A DNA stretch of 64,000 bases. It comes from Candidatus Nanopelagicales bacterium (GTDB taxonomy: Bacteria; Actinomycetota; Actinomycetes; S36-B12). Each line of letters begins with the position of its first letter. Position 1 is the stretch's first letter. The notes beneath the pieces are model-generated. The model was not told the origin of the DNA and searched no databases. It saw only the letters and a program-made list of their open reading frames with translations. A program made the position numbers and the translations under genes. The stretch is taken from positions 1,865-65,864 of the forward strand of contig JAFMDS010000005.1 in NCBI GenBank assembly GCA_017857175.1. Direction: 5' to 3'. Shown piece by piece: positions 34,925 to 45,106 of this stretch.

Positions 34925-37606
34925 ATGAGCTCATTTCTGCGCATGGTCGGTAAAAAGGTTTACCCGTCCACCACCTACCGGAATAACAGCCCAGCCGCAC
35001 GTTCACTCCAAGTTCGAGCCGGCTTGGTAACCGTCTTTTGTGTGGTCACAGGAGTCCTGGCTGTGGCATATGCCGTCGCCATCGTGTTCAACACCGATAT
35101 CACCTCGAACAACTCTCCTGATCTGAACGCAACCCAGCTCATCTCAGCCCTGGCTCTTGCCATTTTCAGTGTTTTTCTCCCCCAGGCCATTTTTCGAACC
35201 AGAAATGCAGCCAGCACTCGAGAAATACTTGACAACCCCACGGCGCCCGCCCGCCCGTGGCGCACCACCACAATAACTTTCAGCGCAGTACTCGTCGGGG
35301 CAATGCTCGCGGGGCTGCAATTTCAAGCTCCATTAGCCCTAACATTCTTTGGTCTTGCGTTGATGGCAAAGTTGGTTTTCACTAATCGCCGAGCACTGAC
35401 CACGGATCCCAATGCCCGATTCCATGGACTGGTGGAGGCTTGGACATCCGCGGCTATCGCAATTGCCGCATTTTCGATTGTACGCCCGCTCTCTGCATTA
35501 GTCGTAGAACACAATTCAATATGGCCTTTAGTGTTCGCCGCACTCGTGGCCATGTATCTCGGTCTGGCATTCAACGCTGTTGAGCGATGGATAATCTCAG
35601 AAAAAGCGCCCTGGGCCTTTGCGCAGGACAGCATTGACACCCGACGTGTTGTGGTAGCCCTGGTCAGTGCACTCATCACATGGACAGTCGTGTTCGCGAG
35701 CGATCGTGTGGGCGGCTTTACCGTTGCCGCAAATCAAATTACTCAAAATAGTGTGGGCTTTGGCGTATTTATCGCATTCTGGCTACTCCTGTGGTTCACG
35801 TCGATTCGGATGTGGCGATATGAAGCACGCCGAACGTTGCGCATGTGGCGAGAACATCAAGCTGAAATTCTTATTCGCCTGTCACATGGCACGCTCAATG
35901 CCGAACTTGCGCGGAAAGCTGCCTTGTCCACCACCGCTCGCTTGGCACTCAGCGTGTTTGCCGCAACTCGCAGCATGGTCATCATGCGAGTCCCTGAAGG
36001 AGCCACGGATTCTTGTATTGCTTCGCGGGGCGTGTTTGAGAATTCATCTCCCGCCAAGGCGAAGGACATGGTCATTAGGCCCAATCTCCATATCCCTTTG
36101 AATTCGACTCCCAACCAAACGGAGAACAGCAGCATTGTAATTTCCGGTTGGCTTTGGCCCGGCTCATTCATGACGCGTTCGCATCGCTTGGTCAGCGAAT
36201 TCGCGGCTCTCGCGAACACCGCACTTTTTGTTCCAGCACTTGCCGCACATGAAGAGCCCAAGTCAATTGCATTTGACAGACTTTTTGACTCCATCTATCA
36301 GTGGCCTAATCTTGATGCCTTCGAAGAAGCTGTTGAGCGGCTCCAGATTCGAGTTGATTCCGCGCCACAGAGTAGCTCTCTACTCATTGGCTGCTATGCC
36401 ATTGATGATTTTGGTGCACTTGCCGGCGGAAAATTTGAGCAGGCAGCCCTTGCACAAATTCATCGGCTCATTCAGGGGTATAAAGACTTTGCAGGGCACG
36501 ATCTATTTGTTGCCTACGAAACCCCAGGCAGAATCTGGCTTGCACTGTCCAGCGGCCCTATCATCAGGACAGGCATTGACCTGCTCAATAGCCTCCAAAC
36601 ACGAATCAATGAGAGCGGCTCCGCTCCGTCGCACAAAGTGGACCTTGAAGTCCATGTCAGTGTCTCCTTTGGCTATTCAGTGCATCAGGTCGACGCAATA
36701 TCCCTCACGGACTTAATGGCTGCATGCCGAGAAAGACTCAATAAAGACATTTCACTGCGAAACTCATTTGATCCAAGTGAGCTATTACCCATAGATATCA
36801 GCCCAGAAGATTTTGCGGCACCAGGACCCGATGCAGTTTCATCGGGCAATGTCCTCGTTGAATTTCGAAATGCGCGCGATGCAGGTGCCAAGAATTTCAC
36901 ATCATGGCTCTACCCCCTAACCGGAAATAGCGGTGACAAAACACACGGAATTTTTGTCGAGCTTGGTTGGGATCACACCGTTGGGCAGTCATCATTCCTA
37001 GATCCGCAAAGTTTTATGTCTCTTGTCAATAGACAGGTTGAATTGGCCGCGGACACTGCGCTGCTTGCCTGTGAAAAACTCGCAGGAGTCATCAGTGAAT
37101 TGGACACCCTGGGTCACTTCAACATCCCTGTAGTGACACGAATGCCATCAATTTTGCTTAATCCAGAGTCGGGTTTATATGCACTCCCCAATATTCTCGG
37201 CAGAGCACTTGACAGAAGACAGGCCTCTCGCACGGTGGTTGTGTTGGATTCCATCCCCCGTGGCGCCGGCCAAGCAGTGCGGCTCTTGTGCGACCGAGGG
37301 ATCAGCGTTGCTGTGACTTCTAGTGCCGCAATCGGTGCTGATCCTGTTGATTTGGATAACTGGCACCGATGGGCAATTATTTTTCCCCCAACACTGGTTA
37401 ATGGCCACGATGGCCTCGACTCCCTAATTGTTCAACAAACATCACTGGCCATCGCATCAACGGACACACGCCTCATGGCGATTGTGAACGAAATGACAGA
37501 CCAACAAAGCCTCAGCGAAGGACCCATTAATTGGTTCATCGACCAATCTGTCGGCTACGGGAGCGTAGATCAGGTAATGGAAATTCAGACTTCGAAATCG
37601 AGCTGA
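34925..37606 (+). CDS. Polytopic membrane protein with degenerate GGDEF-like and EAL-like cytoplasmic domains
   Basis: About 330-aa N-terminal multi-TM region. The GGDEF-like block is [24 protein letters not shown]...[17 protein letters not shown], with GGDEF replaced by ETPGR. The EAL-like block is [16 protein letters not shown]...VVVLDSI...[18 protein letters not shown], with EAL, ExxE and DDFG residues not conserved. Confidence 0.55.
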   Translation: MSSFLRMVGKKVYPSTTYRNNSPAARSLQVRAGLVTVFCVVTGVLAVAYAVAIVFNTDITSNNSPDLNATQLISALALAIFSVFLPQAIFRTRNAASTREILDNPTAPARPWRTTTITFSAVLVGAMLAGLQFQAPLALTFFGLALMAKLVFTNRRALTTDPNARFHGLVEAWTSAAIAIAAFSIVRPLSALVVEHNSIWPLVFAALVAMYLGLAFNAVERWIISEKAPWAFAQDSIDTRRVVVALVSALITWTVVFASDRVGGFTVAANQITQNSVGFGVFIAFWLLLWFTSIRMWRYEARRTLRMWREHQAEILIRLSHGTLNAELARKAALSTTARLALSVFAATRSMVIMRVPEGATDSCIASRGVFENSSPAKAKDMVIRPNLHIPLNSTPNQTENSSIVISGWLWPGSFMTRSHRLVSEFAALANTALFVPALAAHEEPKSIAFDRLFDSIYQWPNLDAFEEAVERLQIRVDSAPQSSSLLIGCYAIDDFGALAGGKFEQAALAQIHRLIQGYKDFAGHDLFVAYETPGRIWLALSSGPIIRTGIDLLNSLQTRINESGSAPSHKVDLEVHVSVSFGYSVHQVDAISLTDLMAACRERLNKDISLRNSFDPSELLPIDISPEDFAAPGPDAVSSGNVLVEFRNARDAGAKNFTSWLYPLTGNSGDKTHGIFVELGWDHTVGQSSFLDPQSFMSLVNRQVELAADTALLACEKLAGVISELDTLGHFNIPVVTRMPSILLNPESGLYALPNILGRALDRRQASRTVVVLDSIPRGAGQAVRLLCDRGISVAVTSSAAIGADPVDLDNWHRWAIIFPPTLVNGHDGLDSLIVQQTSLAIASTDTRLMAIVNEMTDQQSLSEGPINWFIDQSVGYGSVDQVMEIQTSKSS

Positions 37607-37609
37607 TTA

Positions 37610-38899
37610 TCAGGCAGATTTTTCGCGAGGAGCGCGCTTAGGCGCTTCGCGCGGCACCAATGTCGGGTTCACGCTATTGCGCACGACTTCTTCAGAGATG
37701 ACAACTTTGGCAACATCGTCGCGGCTCGGTACGTCATACATCACATTGAGCAAAACTTCTTCGAGGATTGCCCGCAATCCCCGAGCTCCCGTGCCCCGCA
37801 GAAGTGCTAGGTCAGCGATTTCATCGAGTGCGGAATCGCTAAATTCAAGTTCAACGTTGTCCAATTCGAAAAGTTTTTGGTACTGCTTGATCAGCGCATT
37901 TTTGGGCTCCCGGAGGACGGCAACGAGTGCCTCACGATCCAACTTGTTCACTGAAGTGAACACTGGAAGGCGACCAATAAATTCGGGGATCATGCCAAAT
38001 TTCAGTAGATCCTCCGGCATGACGTGAGAGAACGGATCTGCTGACACATCAGTGGACTCGGTGCGCTCGCCCTCAACAAGATCAAATGTGAACCCGAGGT
38101 TTTTCTTGCCCAGCCGCTGCTCAACAATTTTGTCGAGACCTGCGAAAGCGCCTCCCACGATAAACAATACGTTCGTGGTGTCGATCTGAATGAATTCCTG
38201 GTGGGGATGCTTGCGTCCACCCTGCGGTGGCACAGAAGCAGTCGTGCCCTCGAGAATCTTTAGCAGGGCCTGTTGAACGCCCTCACCGGAAACGTCCCGG
38301 GTGATGGATGGGTTTTCACTCTTGCGGGCAACTTTATCGATTTCATCGATGTAAATGATTCCCATTTCAGCGCGCTTGGTATCAAACTCAGCGGCCTGAA
38401 TGAGTTTCAAAAGGATATTTTCAACATCCTCGCCAACGTAGCCAGCCTCGGTCAATGCTGTTGCGTCAGCGATTGCGAACGGAACGTTGAGCAGGCGGGC
38501 CAAAGTCTGGGCAAGAAGTGTCTTGCCGGAGCCAGTGGGACCGAGAAGCAAGATATTGGACTTGGCCAACTCAACCGAGTCTTCTTTGCCCTTGTGGTTC
38601 GCACCGGCCTGAACGCGCTTGTAGTGGTTGTAGACCGCAACTGATAGGGATTTCTTTGCACTATCTTGACCAATGACGTACTCATCAAGGAATGCGTAAA
38701 TTTCGCGGGGTTTGGGCAACTCGCCAAAGTCTGAGGTACTGGCCTCGGTCAGTTCCTCTTCGATGATCTCATTACACAGGTCAATGCATTCGTCACAGAT
38801 ATAGACACCAGGGCCAGCAATGAGCTTCTTAACCTGCTTCTGGCTCTTCCCACAGAAAGAACACTTAAGCAGGTCGCCACTTTCACCGATGCGTGCCAC
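37610..38899 (-). CDS. clpX: ATP-dependent Clp protease ATP-binding subunit ClpX
   Basis: N-terminal zinc finger (CSFCGKS...CDECIDLC), Walker A GPTGSGKT, and overall ClpX sequence. Confidence 0.97.
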   Translation of the reverse strand: MARIGESGDLLKCSFCGKSQKQVKKLIAGPGVYICDECIDLCNEIIEEELTEASTSDFGELPKPREIYAFLDEYVIGQDSAKKSLSVAVYNHYKRVQAGANHKGKEDSVELAKSNILLLGPTGSGKTLLAQTLARLLNVPFAIADATALTEAGYVGEDVENILLKLIQAAEFDTKRAEMGIIYIDEIDKVARKSENPSITRDVSGEGVQQALLKILEGTTASVPPQGGRKHPHQEFIQIDTTNVLFIVGGAFAGLDKIVEQRLGKKNLGFTFDLVEGERTESTDVSADPFSHVMPEDLLKFGMIPEFIGRLPVFTSVNKLDREALVAVLREPKNALIKQYQKLFELDNVELEFSDSALDEIADLALLRGTGARGLRAILEEVLLNVMYDVPSRDDVAKVVISEEVVRNSVNPTLVPREAPKRAPREKSA

Positions 38900-39048
38900 G
38901 ACGCCCCTTTACCCTGATTTTGAACGCTTCCACATGAACCCATGAACCGTACCCCGAAAAAGGACCCAATGACGAGTTATTCACACGGTGGCGCGGGAGA
39001 AAGTCTCAATACTTACTCGAGACTCTCTTGGACACACTCGATGCGCAA

Positions 39049-39663
39049 TTACCCCTTGCGCGAAGAGATTACCGAGTCAATGACACCAAAATCCTTGGCC
39101 ATATCGGCCGTCAGGATCTTGTCTCGCTCAATGTCCTTTTCAATCTGCTCAATAGAACGACCGGTGTGCTTGGACAGAATGCCTTCCATCTCCTTGCGCA
39201 TCCGAATGATTTCATTGGCTTGGATCTCAATATCTGAGCCCTGGCCACCACCTTCGGTGTAGGGCTGGTGGATCAGGATCCGTGAATGCGGGAGTGCGAA
39301 ACGCTTGCCGGGTGTTCCAGCCGCCAGCAATACGGCCGCTGCCGATGCTGCCTGACCAAGGCACACGGTCTGCACCTGTGGCTTCACAAACTGCATGGTG
39401 TCGTAGATAGCGGTCATCGCGGTGTAGGAGCCACCCGGAGAGTTGATGTAGATCTGGATATCACGATCGGGATCCATTGACTCTAGGGTCAAAAGTTGGG
39501 CCATGACATCGTCGGCGGAGGCGTCGTCAATTTGGACACCCAGGAAGATAATGCGCTCTTCGAACAACTTGGTGTAAGGGTTATGAACCCGCTCACCTGT
39601 TGCGGTGCGCTCACGAAATTCTGGCAGAATGTAACGGCTTGTTGGTTGCTGCACGTTCATCAC
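39049..39663 (-). CDS. clpP2: ATP-dependent Clp protease proteolytic subunit 2
   Basis: ClpP family ([11 protein letters not shown] active-site Ser context). It is the second of two tandem clpP genes after tig, as in other Actinomycetota. Confidence 0.93.
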   Translation of the reverse strand: MMNVQQPTSRYILPEFRERTATGERVHNPYTKLFEERIIFLGVQIDDASADDVMAQLLTLESMDPDRDIQIYINSPGGSYTAMTAIYDTMQFVKPQVQTVCLGQAASAAAVLLAAGTPGKRFALPHSRILIHQPYTEGGGQGSDIEIQANEIIRMRKEMEGILSKHTGRSIEQIEKDIERDKILTADMAKDFGVIDSVISSRKG

Positions 39664-40310
39664 TTCTTGTCTCCCTTTGCTGAAGATGTTGGCGGCGCAT
39701 CAGCGGACGTGCTGTACACGTGGTCGATCAATCCGTAGGTGCGTGCTTCCTCAGAAGTGAACCACCTGTCGCGATCAGAGTCTTTCTCGATCTGCTCCAT
39801 GGTCTGACCGCTGTGCTCCGCGATCAATTCAGCCATGCGCTTTTTGATGTAAAGCATCTGCTCTGCCTGAATCTTGATATCACTTGCCGTTCCCCCAAGG
39901 CCACCTGATGGCTGATGCATCATGATGCGAGTGTTGGGGGTTGCATAGCGTTTTCCAGGTGCCCCAGCGCAGAGCAGGAATTGACCCATGGATGCCGCAA
40001 GACCCATGGCAACCGTGGTGACATCGTTGGGGATCAACTGCATGGTGTCGTAGATGACCATGCCCGCGGTGATTGAACCTCCGGGTGAGTTGATGTACAG
40101 GCTGATGTCCTTTTCGGGATCCTCAGCAGCGAGCACCTGAAGCTGCTTGGCAATTCTGTTGGAGTTGTCATCCATGACCGGACCCTCAAGCCAAATAATG
40201 CGCTCGCGCAGCAGGCGTTCATCGAGCATGTCGCCGAAACCTGTCATGCCGCCACCTGCACGCATGTCAAGACCGAAAGGCTGGTTCACTTCAAATTGCT
40301 GACTGGACAC
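39660..40310 (-). CDS. clpP1: ATP-dependent Clp protease proteolytic subunit 1
   Basis: ClpP family ([11 protein letters not shown]). 4-nt overlap with clpP2. Confidence 0.93.
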   Translation of the reverse strand: MSSQQFEVNQPFGLDMRAGGGMTGFGDMLDERLLRERIIWLEGPVMDDNSNRIAKQLQVLAAEDPEKDISLYINSPGGSITAGMVIYDTMQLIPNDVTTVAMGLAASMGQFLLCAGAPGKRYATPNTRIMMHQPSGGLGGTASDIKIQAEQMLYIKKRMAELIAEHSGQTMEQIEKDSDRDRWFTSEEARTYGLIDHVYSTSADAPPTSSAKGDKK

Positions 40311-40454
40311 CGAGTCTCCTCGCGTTGGGTAATTCCGCCTTCTGGTTGACGCGGAATTCGGGTTTGCTCCGTAGTGATGACTGAACTCTAACCCGCACGT
40401 GCGGCAAAGACCCGACTAAATGTGTCGAGTTCGCCCATAGCCGAACCGAGGGAT

Positions 40455-41747
40455 CTACTCCCCAGCAGCCAGTGCAGCCATTTCAGCATCGAGTGCGGCC
40501 AGGTCGACAACAGTGCCTTCCGTGTCAACGACCTTGGCGCTCTCCAAGACCTTGGCAAGTGCCTTGGCGCGACGGATATCAGCCATGGCCATGGGAACCT
40601 GCCCTGCTTCCACCAGAGCCTGAGCAAATGCATCCGGTGCCATGCCGTAGCGCGGTGCCTGCTGCACCAGCCAGGCACTTAATTCACTTTCGCCGACAGT
40701 CAGTTCTTCGTCTTCAGCGATCTTGTCAAGGATAAATTGGCTCTTGAGCCCGGTTCGGATCTCTGTTTCAACTTCAGCGCGATGCTCTTCGCCTGAATCG
40801 TGACCGTCTTGGAAGTGCGCTTCGATTTCAGCGGCAATCACACCTTCGGGCAGCGGAATGTCGACCTGCTCAAGAAGGACATCGTGAATTTTATTGCGGG
40901 CTTCATTGCCCTGCTCAATTTTCTTCAACCGTCCAAGACGGTTATCAATGTCAGCGCGCAGTTCCTCAACCGTGTCAAACTCTGAGGCCATGCTGACAAA
41001 ATCTGCATCGAGTTCAGGAAGCTCACGTTCGCGCACCGCAACAACCTCAACGGTGACGGTCAACGGGATTCCTGACCAGTCGCCATTTTGAGGAGTGAAT
41101 TCAAATGTGCGTGACTCGCCCTTGGCTGCGCCGCGAACAGCGTCATCAAAACCAGGCAGCATCCCTTCGGTGCCCAACTCGTAAGACATGGCGGAAGCGG
41201 ACAGGTCCTCGACTTCTTCGCCTGTCTCCGTCGCACCCGAAATATTGACCAGTAGGACATCGCCATCGATACTCGCACGATCAATTTCTTTGAGGTTGGC
41301 AAAACGGCCACGGAGCCCATCAATTTGCTCATCAATATCAGCAGCCGACATTGCAACAGGCTCAACCTCAACGGTCAATGAATCAAATGCTGGCAATTCG
41401 AATTCGGGGCGCACATCTACTTCAGCGGTGAAAGCCAACTTGTCGCCGTCAGCGATCTCGGTGACCTCAACTTCTGGCTGACCGATTGGGCGGATTTTGT
41501 TCTCACGAATAATGTCGTCGTAAACCTTGGGCAGGGCATCGTTGATGGCTTCATCGAGCACAGCTGCCCGACCAACCCGCTGCTCAACAACCCGGGCAGG
41601 AACTTTGCCTTTGCGGAACCCAGGAATGTTGATCTGCTTGCCAATCTTGATCAGCGCTGCGTCAACACTGGGCTGGAGGTCTTCAAAGGGAACCTCAACG
41701 ACCATTTTGATGCGGGTTGGGCTGAGGGTTTCGATTTCGGTTTTCAC
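40455..41747 (-). CDS. tig: Trigger factor
   Basis: MKTEIETLSPTRIKMVVEVPFEDL..., with an FKBP-type central domain. GTG start with a GGAG RBS. Confidence 0.95.
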   Translation of the reverse strand: MKTEIETLSPTRIKMVVEVPFEDLQPSVDAALIKIGKQINIPGFRKGKVPARVVEQRVGRAAVLDEAINDALPKVYDDIIRENKIRPIGQPEVEVTEIADGDKLAFTAEVDVRPEFELPAFDSLTVEVEPVAMSAADIDEQIDGLRGRFANLKEIDRASIDGDVLLVNISGATETGEEVEDLSASAMSYELGTEGMLPGFDDAVRGAAKGESRTFEFTPQNGDWSGIPLTVTVEVVAVRERELPELDADFVSMASEFDTVEELRADIDNRLGRLKKIEQGNEARNKIHDVLLEQVDIPLPEGVIAAEIEAHFQDGHDSGEEHRAEVETEIRTGLKSQFILDKIAEDEELTVGESELSAWLVQQAPRYGMAPDAFAQALVEAGQVPMAMADIRRAKALAKVLESAKVVDTEGTVVDLAALDAEMAALAAGE

Positions 41748-41813
41748 AAAAACTCCAGATAGTTGATTATTGACATACTGATCATGGTGCAGGGGTATTG
41801 CCGGTGAAACTTG

Positions 41814-41889
41814 TGGTCGGGGCGGGGAGATTCGAACTCCCGGTCTCCTGCTCCCAAAGCAGGCGCGCTAGCCACTACGCTACGCCCCG
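41814..41889 (-). tRNA. tRNA-Pro (anticodon TGG), CCA encoded
   Basis: Hand-folded cloverleaf. Acceptor CGGGGCG/CGCCCCG, anticodon arm CCTGC-TTTGGGA-GCAGG, T arm GGGAG-TTCGAAT-CTCCC, discriminator A, then CCA. 76 nt. Confidence 0.9.
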
Positions 41890-42054
41890 CGCTGGCCTCG
41901 CAGAGTCTAGACGTACGGCATTCTGCCCGTGTAGTGGCATGCAACTTGAACTGCGATCCGGGATTGCATATTCGAATCTCAACGGTCAGGAATGTGAAAA
42001 AGAACGCCGATTTTTAATGAACCGAGGGCAATGAGTAGCATTAGCCCGCACCTC

Positions 42055-42125
42055 GCGGGTGTAGCTCAATGGTAGAGCCCCAGCCTTCCAAGCTGGTCAT
42101 GCCGGTTCGATCCCGGTCACCCGCT
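42055..42125 (+). tRNA. tRNA-Gly (anticodon TCC), CCA not encoded
   Basis: Hand-folded cloverleaf. Acceptor GCGGGTG/CACCCGC, D arm GCTC-AATGGTA-GAGC, anticodon arm CCAGC-CTTCCAA-GCTGG, T arm GCCGG-TTCGATC-CCGGT. 71 nt. Confidence 0.9.
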
Positions 42126-42224
42126 CTCACCCTCGGATTGTGTCTACTCGGACAGCCGCCACCATGTCCAGGACAGGGAACAAACATTTGATGGCAGGCA
42201 ATTCAGCGCGCAATCGGGCCCAAA

Positions 42225-42956
42225 ATGTGTTCCTATTCTCATATGAAAGTTCCTGGAAGCAGCTCGCAAAACGGTGCACCCGTGGGCCGCAGGGTCGTAA
42301 TGGGCATGTTGGGTCTGGGTGCACTAGGCGTGGTTTTTGGCCGCCAACTCAATTCCGCGGTGACATCTACGGTAAATGCCACCATTCCTGGTCTTGGTTC
42401 GGTGCTTCCCGCAGCCGGTGGCTTTCGAATTTACACGGTGACCAATGGATACCCTGAAATGTCGGAGGCCGATTACACGCTGACAATTTCCGGAGCAGTT
42501 TCCAGTCCCATGACTCTTAGTTTCGCTGACTTACAAACACTGCCGCAAACGTCAATGACAAAAGACTTTCAATGCGTCACGGGTTGGAGAGTTGACGATG
42601 TCCCTTGGACGGGGGTTCTTTTAAGCGATTTATTGGAGTTAGCAGGTGCTTCTCCCACGGCTACCGCGCTGGCCATTGATTCATTTGATGGCGCCTATAC
42701 CGAGTCACTCACCATGGAGCAAGCGATGCGGCCTGACATGCTCGTTGCCATGTCGATGTATGGGGAACCGATAACAACGCCGCATGGTGGTCCGGTGCGG
42801 CTATACACGGCGCCCATGTATGGATACAAATCTCTCAAGTGGCTTTCGCGCATTGATGTGGTGGATCAAGTAATCCCCGGGTACTGGGAACAGCGGGGCT
42901 ATGACATTGATGCCTGGATTGGACAATCCAATGGTCGTAACGATGAACCTGTTTAA
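42225..42956 (+). CDS. Molybdopterin-dependent oxidoreductase (sulfite oxidase/YedY-like fold), probable Tat substrate
   Basis: Twin-arginine-like N-terminus (GRRVVMGMLGLGALGVVFG) and an oxidoreductase molybdopterin-binding-like core (..FQCVTGWRVDDVPWTGV..). The start could instead be ATG 42243. Confidence 0.7.
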   Translation: MCSYSHMKVPGSSSQNGAPVGRRVVMGMLGLGALGVVFGRQLNSAVTSTVNATIPGLGSVLPAAGGFRIYTVTNGYPEMSEADYTLTISGAVSSPMTLSFADLQTLPQTSMTKDFQCVTGWRVDDVPWTGVLLSDLLELAGASPTATALAIDSFDGAYTESLTMEQAMRPDMLVAMSMYGEPITTPHGGPVRLYTAPMYGYKSLKWLSRIDVVDQVIPGYWEQRGYDIDAWIGQSNGRNDEPV

Positions 42957-42979
42957 GAAACTCAGGTAATGGAGACTTC

Positions 42980-43669
42980 ATGTCTATAAAACGGTTCAGC
43001 AAAGCGGAGCGCTACACGCATCGCTCCATTGCCGTTCTTATGGGAATTCTGATTGCAACAGCCGCCGCGCTCTATATTCCTGATATCAGCACAGTTATTG
43101 GCAACCGCGAATTGGTCAAGACCATTCACTCGTATTCCGGTTTTCTCCTGCCCATACCCATTGTGATAGCGCTTTTTTCACTTGCGTTCCGCCGGGATGC
43201 TCAAGAACTCAATCGGTTTCACCCACATGATTGGGCCTGGCTTAAACGGGAAGCAAAACCCGATGTTGTTTCCATTCCCGTAAATAGTCCAACTGACTAC
43301 GGCAAATTTAACGCGGGGCAAAAACTCAATGCTGCGTTCACTACCGGAGCAATTGCTGTCATGTTTATTACCGGGTCAATGATGTTTTTTAGTTCATTGT
43401 TCACCGATGACTTGCGAACCGGTGCCACGTTTGTTCATGACTGGCTAGCCCTAGCCATGGTGATCGTGCTGACAGGGCACACCTACATGGCCTTCAAGGA
43501 CACTTCAGCGCGCGCTGGCATGCGCACCGGCGAAGTTCCCTATGGTTGGGCTAACCAGCACCACCCTGAGTGGGTATTAGCCGTTACCCAGCCAGAAATC
43601 CATCCAGCGGATAAAAATCAAGGTGATGATCAAAACAAAGGTCAAGGAAATGAAGATCCATCTCAGTGA
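42980..43669 (+). CDS. Cytochrome b-type membrane subunit (b561 / Ni-hydrogenase cytochrome b family)
   Basis: Four TM helices with conserved-looking His ligands (YTHRSIA, TIHSYSG, FVHDWLA, TGHTYMA). Paired with the upstream Mo-enzyme. Confidence 0.6.
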   Translation: MSIKRFSKAERYTHRSIAVLMGILIATAAALYIPDISTVIGNRELVKTIHSYSGFLLPIPIVIALFSLAFRRDAQELNRFHPHDWAWLKREAKPDVVSIPVNSPTDYGKFNAGQKLNAAFTTGAIAVMFITGSMMFFSSLFTDDLRTGATFVHDWLALAMVIVLTGHTYMAFKDTSARAGMRTGEVPYGWANQHHPEWVLAVTQPEIHPADKNQGDDQNKGQGNEDPSQ

Positions 43670-44206
43670 ATAAACAACTTCAGAGACAACTCCTGGACTG
43701 CCCGAACGGGTAAATCTCCCCTGAGCCGCATTCTCCGCGGTGGTGATCCAGAAAATAAATATCGTTCCAACCCAGGCAACCATGCACCACGGGCATAGCG
43801 CCCCAATGACATAAAGACTTTGGAAGGCCAGCCACACAATGAAGGCCATTCCACCGAGTGCACCTAGGTTTAGTCCCAACCACACCCACTTCGGGATTGT
43901 GACGCGGGAGACCAACAGAACCGCAAGGGTGATAACCACGGAATAGCTTGTCAGGCCGATCAGCGGATTGGGAAAGCCAAACACTGAAGCCTGCTCCGTG
44001 ACAATTACAGAGCCGCATGAGAGAACCGGATTGATATTACAACTTGGAATATAATTCGGATCGGACAAAATCTGAATTTTGTCCACCGTCAATTCAAAGG
44101 CAGCAATCAGCCCAATGACTCCCCCAAACAGCAGGAGCCACGGAGTAGACGAGTAACGCACGTGCGGCTTCAGGCCCGCTTCAATGCTTTGATCAGGTGT
44201 TGTCAC
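43577..44206 (-). CDS. Vitamin K epoxide reductase (VKOR) family protein
   Basis: Loop Cys pair (CNINPVLSCGSV) plus a CxxC (CPWC) in a TM helix. 4-5 TM segments. Confidence 0.8.
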   Translation of the reverse strand: MTTPDQSIEAGLKPHVRYSSTPWLLLFGGVIGLIAAFELTVDKIQILSDPNYIPSCNINPVLSCGSVIVTEQASVFGFPNPLIGLTSYSVVITLAVLLVSRVTIPKWVWLGLNLGALGGMAFIVWLAFQSLYVIGALCPWCMVAWVGTIFIFWITTAENAAQGRFTRSGSPGVVSEVVYSLRWIFISLTFVLIITLIFIRWMDFWLGNG

Positions 44207-45026
44207 GTTTCACATCCCACCATAGGGTCGCAATGGGCCGGGGTTTGGCATCCTGTTCTTGGAGAAGTGCGGCAGCGACTTCGGCGTCTCGATCCTCGGT
44301 CAGGCACAGTCTTACTCGCGAATGTTTAATTCGATCAGCCTGAGGCATGTTCACCCGTGCACCCCAAGTTTCGTCGTCCCAGATATCGAGGACAGCGGGA
44401 AAACCCATGGCCACCGCAATTGCTTGCAGCAAATAAGGCGTTGGCTCAGTTGGTCGATCAAGATCCCAGAACTTTTTCCAGAGTGCGTTCATGTTGCTCA
44501 TTGGGTGCGTCATGGGAATCTCAAGAACAACACGCTTTGTTGCATGATCATTGAGTGCCTGAAGGAAGGGCACAATGTCAGCCACGTTGTAGGCCACGTG
44601 GTGGCATACAACGACGTCAACCTCAGGAACTAAATCGGCAACGTTGGGCCAATCACCTAAATAGGTGTGGGCGATAACACCGCGTGCTTTCGCAGCATTG
44701 GTGAATTCATCGAGCATGCCCTGTTGGTGATCCACGGCAACCAACATGCCTGCAGGCGGAGAAATTGCCATGGATGCGCGGCCGCCGCCCGAGCCGACAT
44801 CTAGGACCGAACCATTATTGGGAAGGGCCTCGCGGGCCCGCTGGTGGGAAATCGAATCGGGCACTTCATCAGATACGGTGAACATTGCCACGGGATGTGA
44901 CCACGGAGGCTCCGGTGCCTGGTCCAAGATCTCCGAAGGGATCGCCCAGGATTGTAGGTCCGCTTTCCATTGGTTTGCCAAACGTGTCAAGCGATCGGGG
45001 TCGGTCTCGGTAATAGCCACCCCCAA
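44193..45026 (-). CDS. Class I SAM-dependent methyltransferase
   Basis: Motif I VLDVGSGGGRAS and a post-I acidic residue (VAVD). Confidence 0.75.
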   Translation of the reverse strand: MGVAITETDPDRLTRLANQWKADLQSWAIPSEILDQAPEPPWSHPVAMFTVSDEVPDSISHQRAREALPNNGSVLDVGSGGGRASMAISPPAGMLVAVDHQQGMLDEFTNAAKARGVIAHTYLGDWPNVADLVPEVDVVVCHHVAYNVADIVPFLQALNDHATKRVVLEIPMTHPMSNMNALWKKFWDLDRPTEPTPYLLQAIAVAMGFPAVLDIWDDETWGARVNMPQADRIKHSRVRLCLTEDRDAEVAAALLQEQDAKPRPIATLWWDVKRDNT

Positions 45027-45106
45027 ACTCTAACGCCGCTCAGATCCCCAACCCCTGCCGACAGAGTGTCTGAAAAAGTGATAGCTGTCACCGTTAATCT
45101 ACGTGG

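Noticed and set aside
13397-37606. The pilus locus as a recently acquired mobile genomic island.
   Set aside because: There is no integrase, transposase, conjugation or phage gene, no flanking direct repeats and no tRNA at either edge. The two tRNAs lie 4 kb beyond the right edge, after clpX-clpP-tig. By eye, the packing style matches the flanks. Only the insertion relative to backbone synteny is retained as a finding.
38940-39010. A weak hairpin (AGTCTC-N11-GAGACT) between clpP2 and clpX as a terminator or attenuator.
   Set aside because: The stem is only 6-8 bp with an 11-nt loop and has no U-tract. clpP and clpX are commonly co-transcribed as well.
40393-40404. The palindrome CCGCACGTGCGG upstream of clpP1 as a ClgR operator, and the nearby 8-bp inverted repeat AATTCCGC-N12-GCGGAATT (40331-40358).
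   Set aside because: The ClgR consensus as I recall it is CGC-N5-GCG within a longer AT-flanked motif. Here the spacing is N4 and the flanks do not match. The evidence is too weak to call.
41925-42000. A tRNA-like fragment (GTAGTGG... and ...TTCGAATC) between tRNA-Pro and tRNA-Gly that might be a third tRNA or a pseudo-tRNA.
   Set aside because: The bases flanking TTCGAAT (GCATA / CTCAA) are not complementary, so no T-stem forms. I could not build an acceptor stem either.
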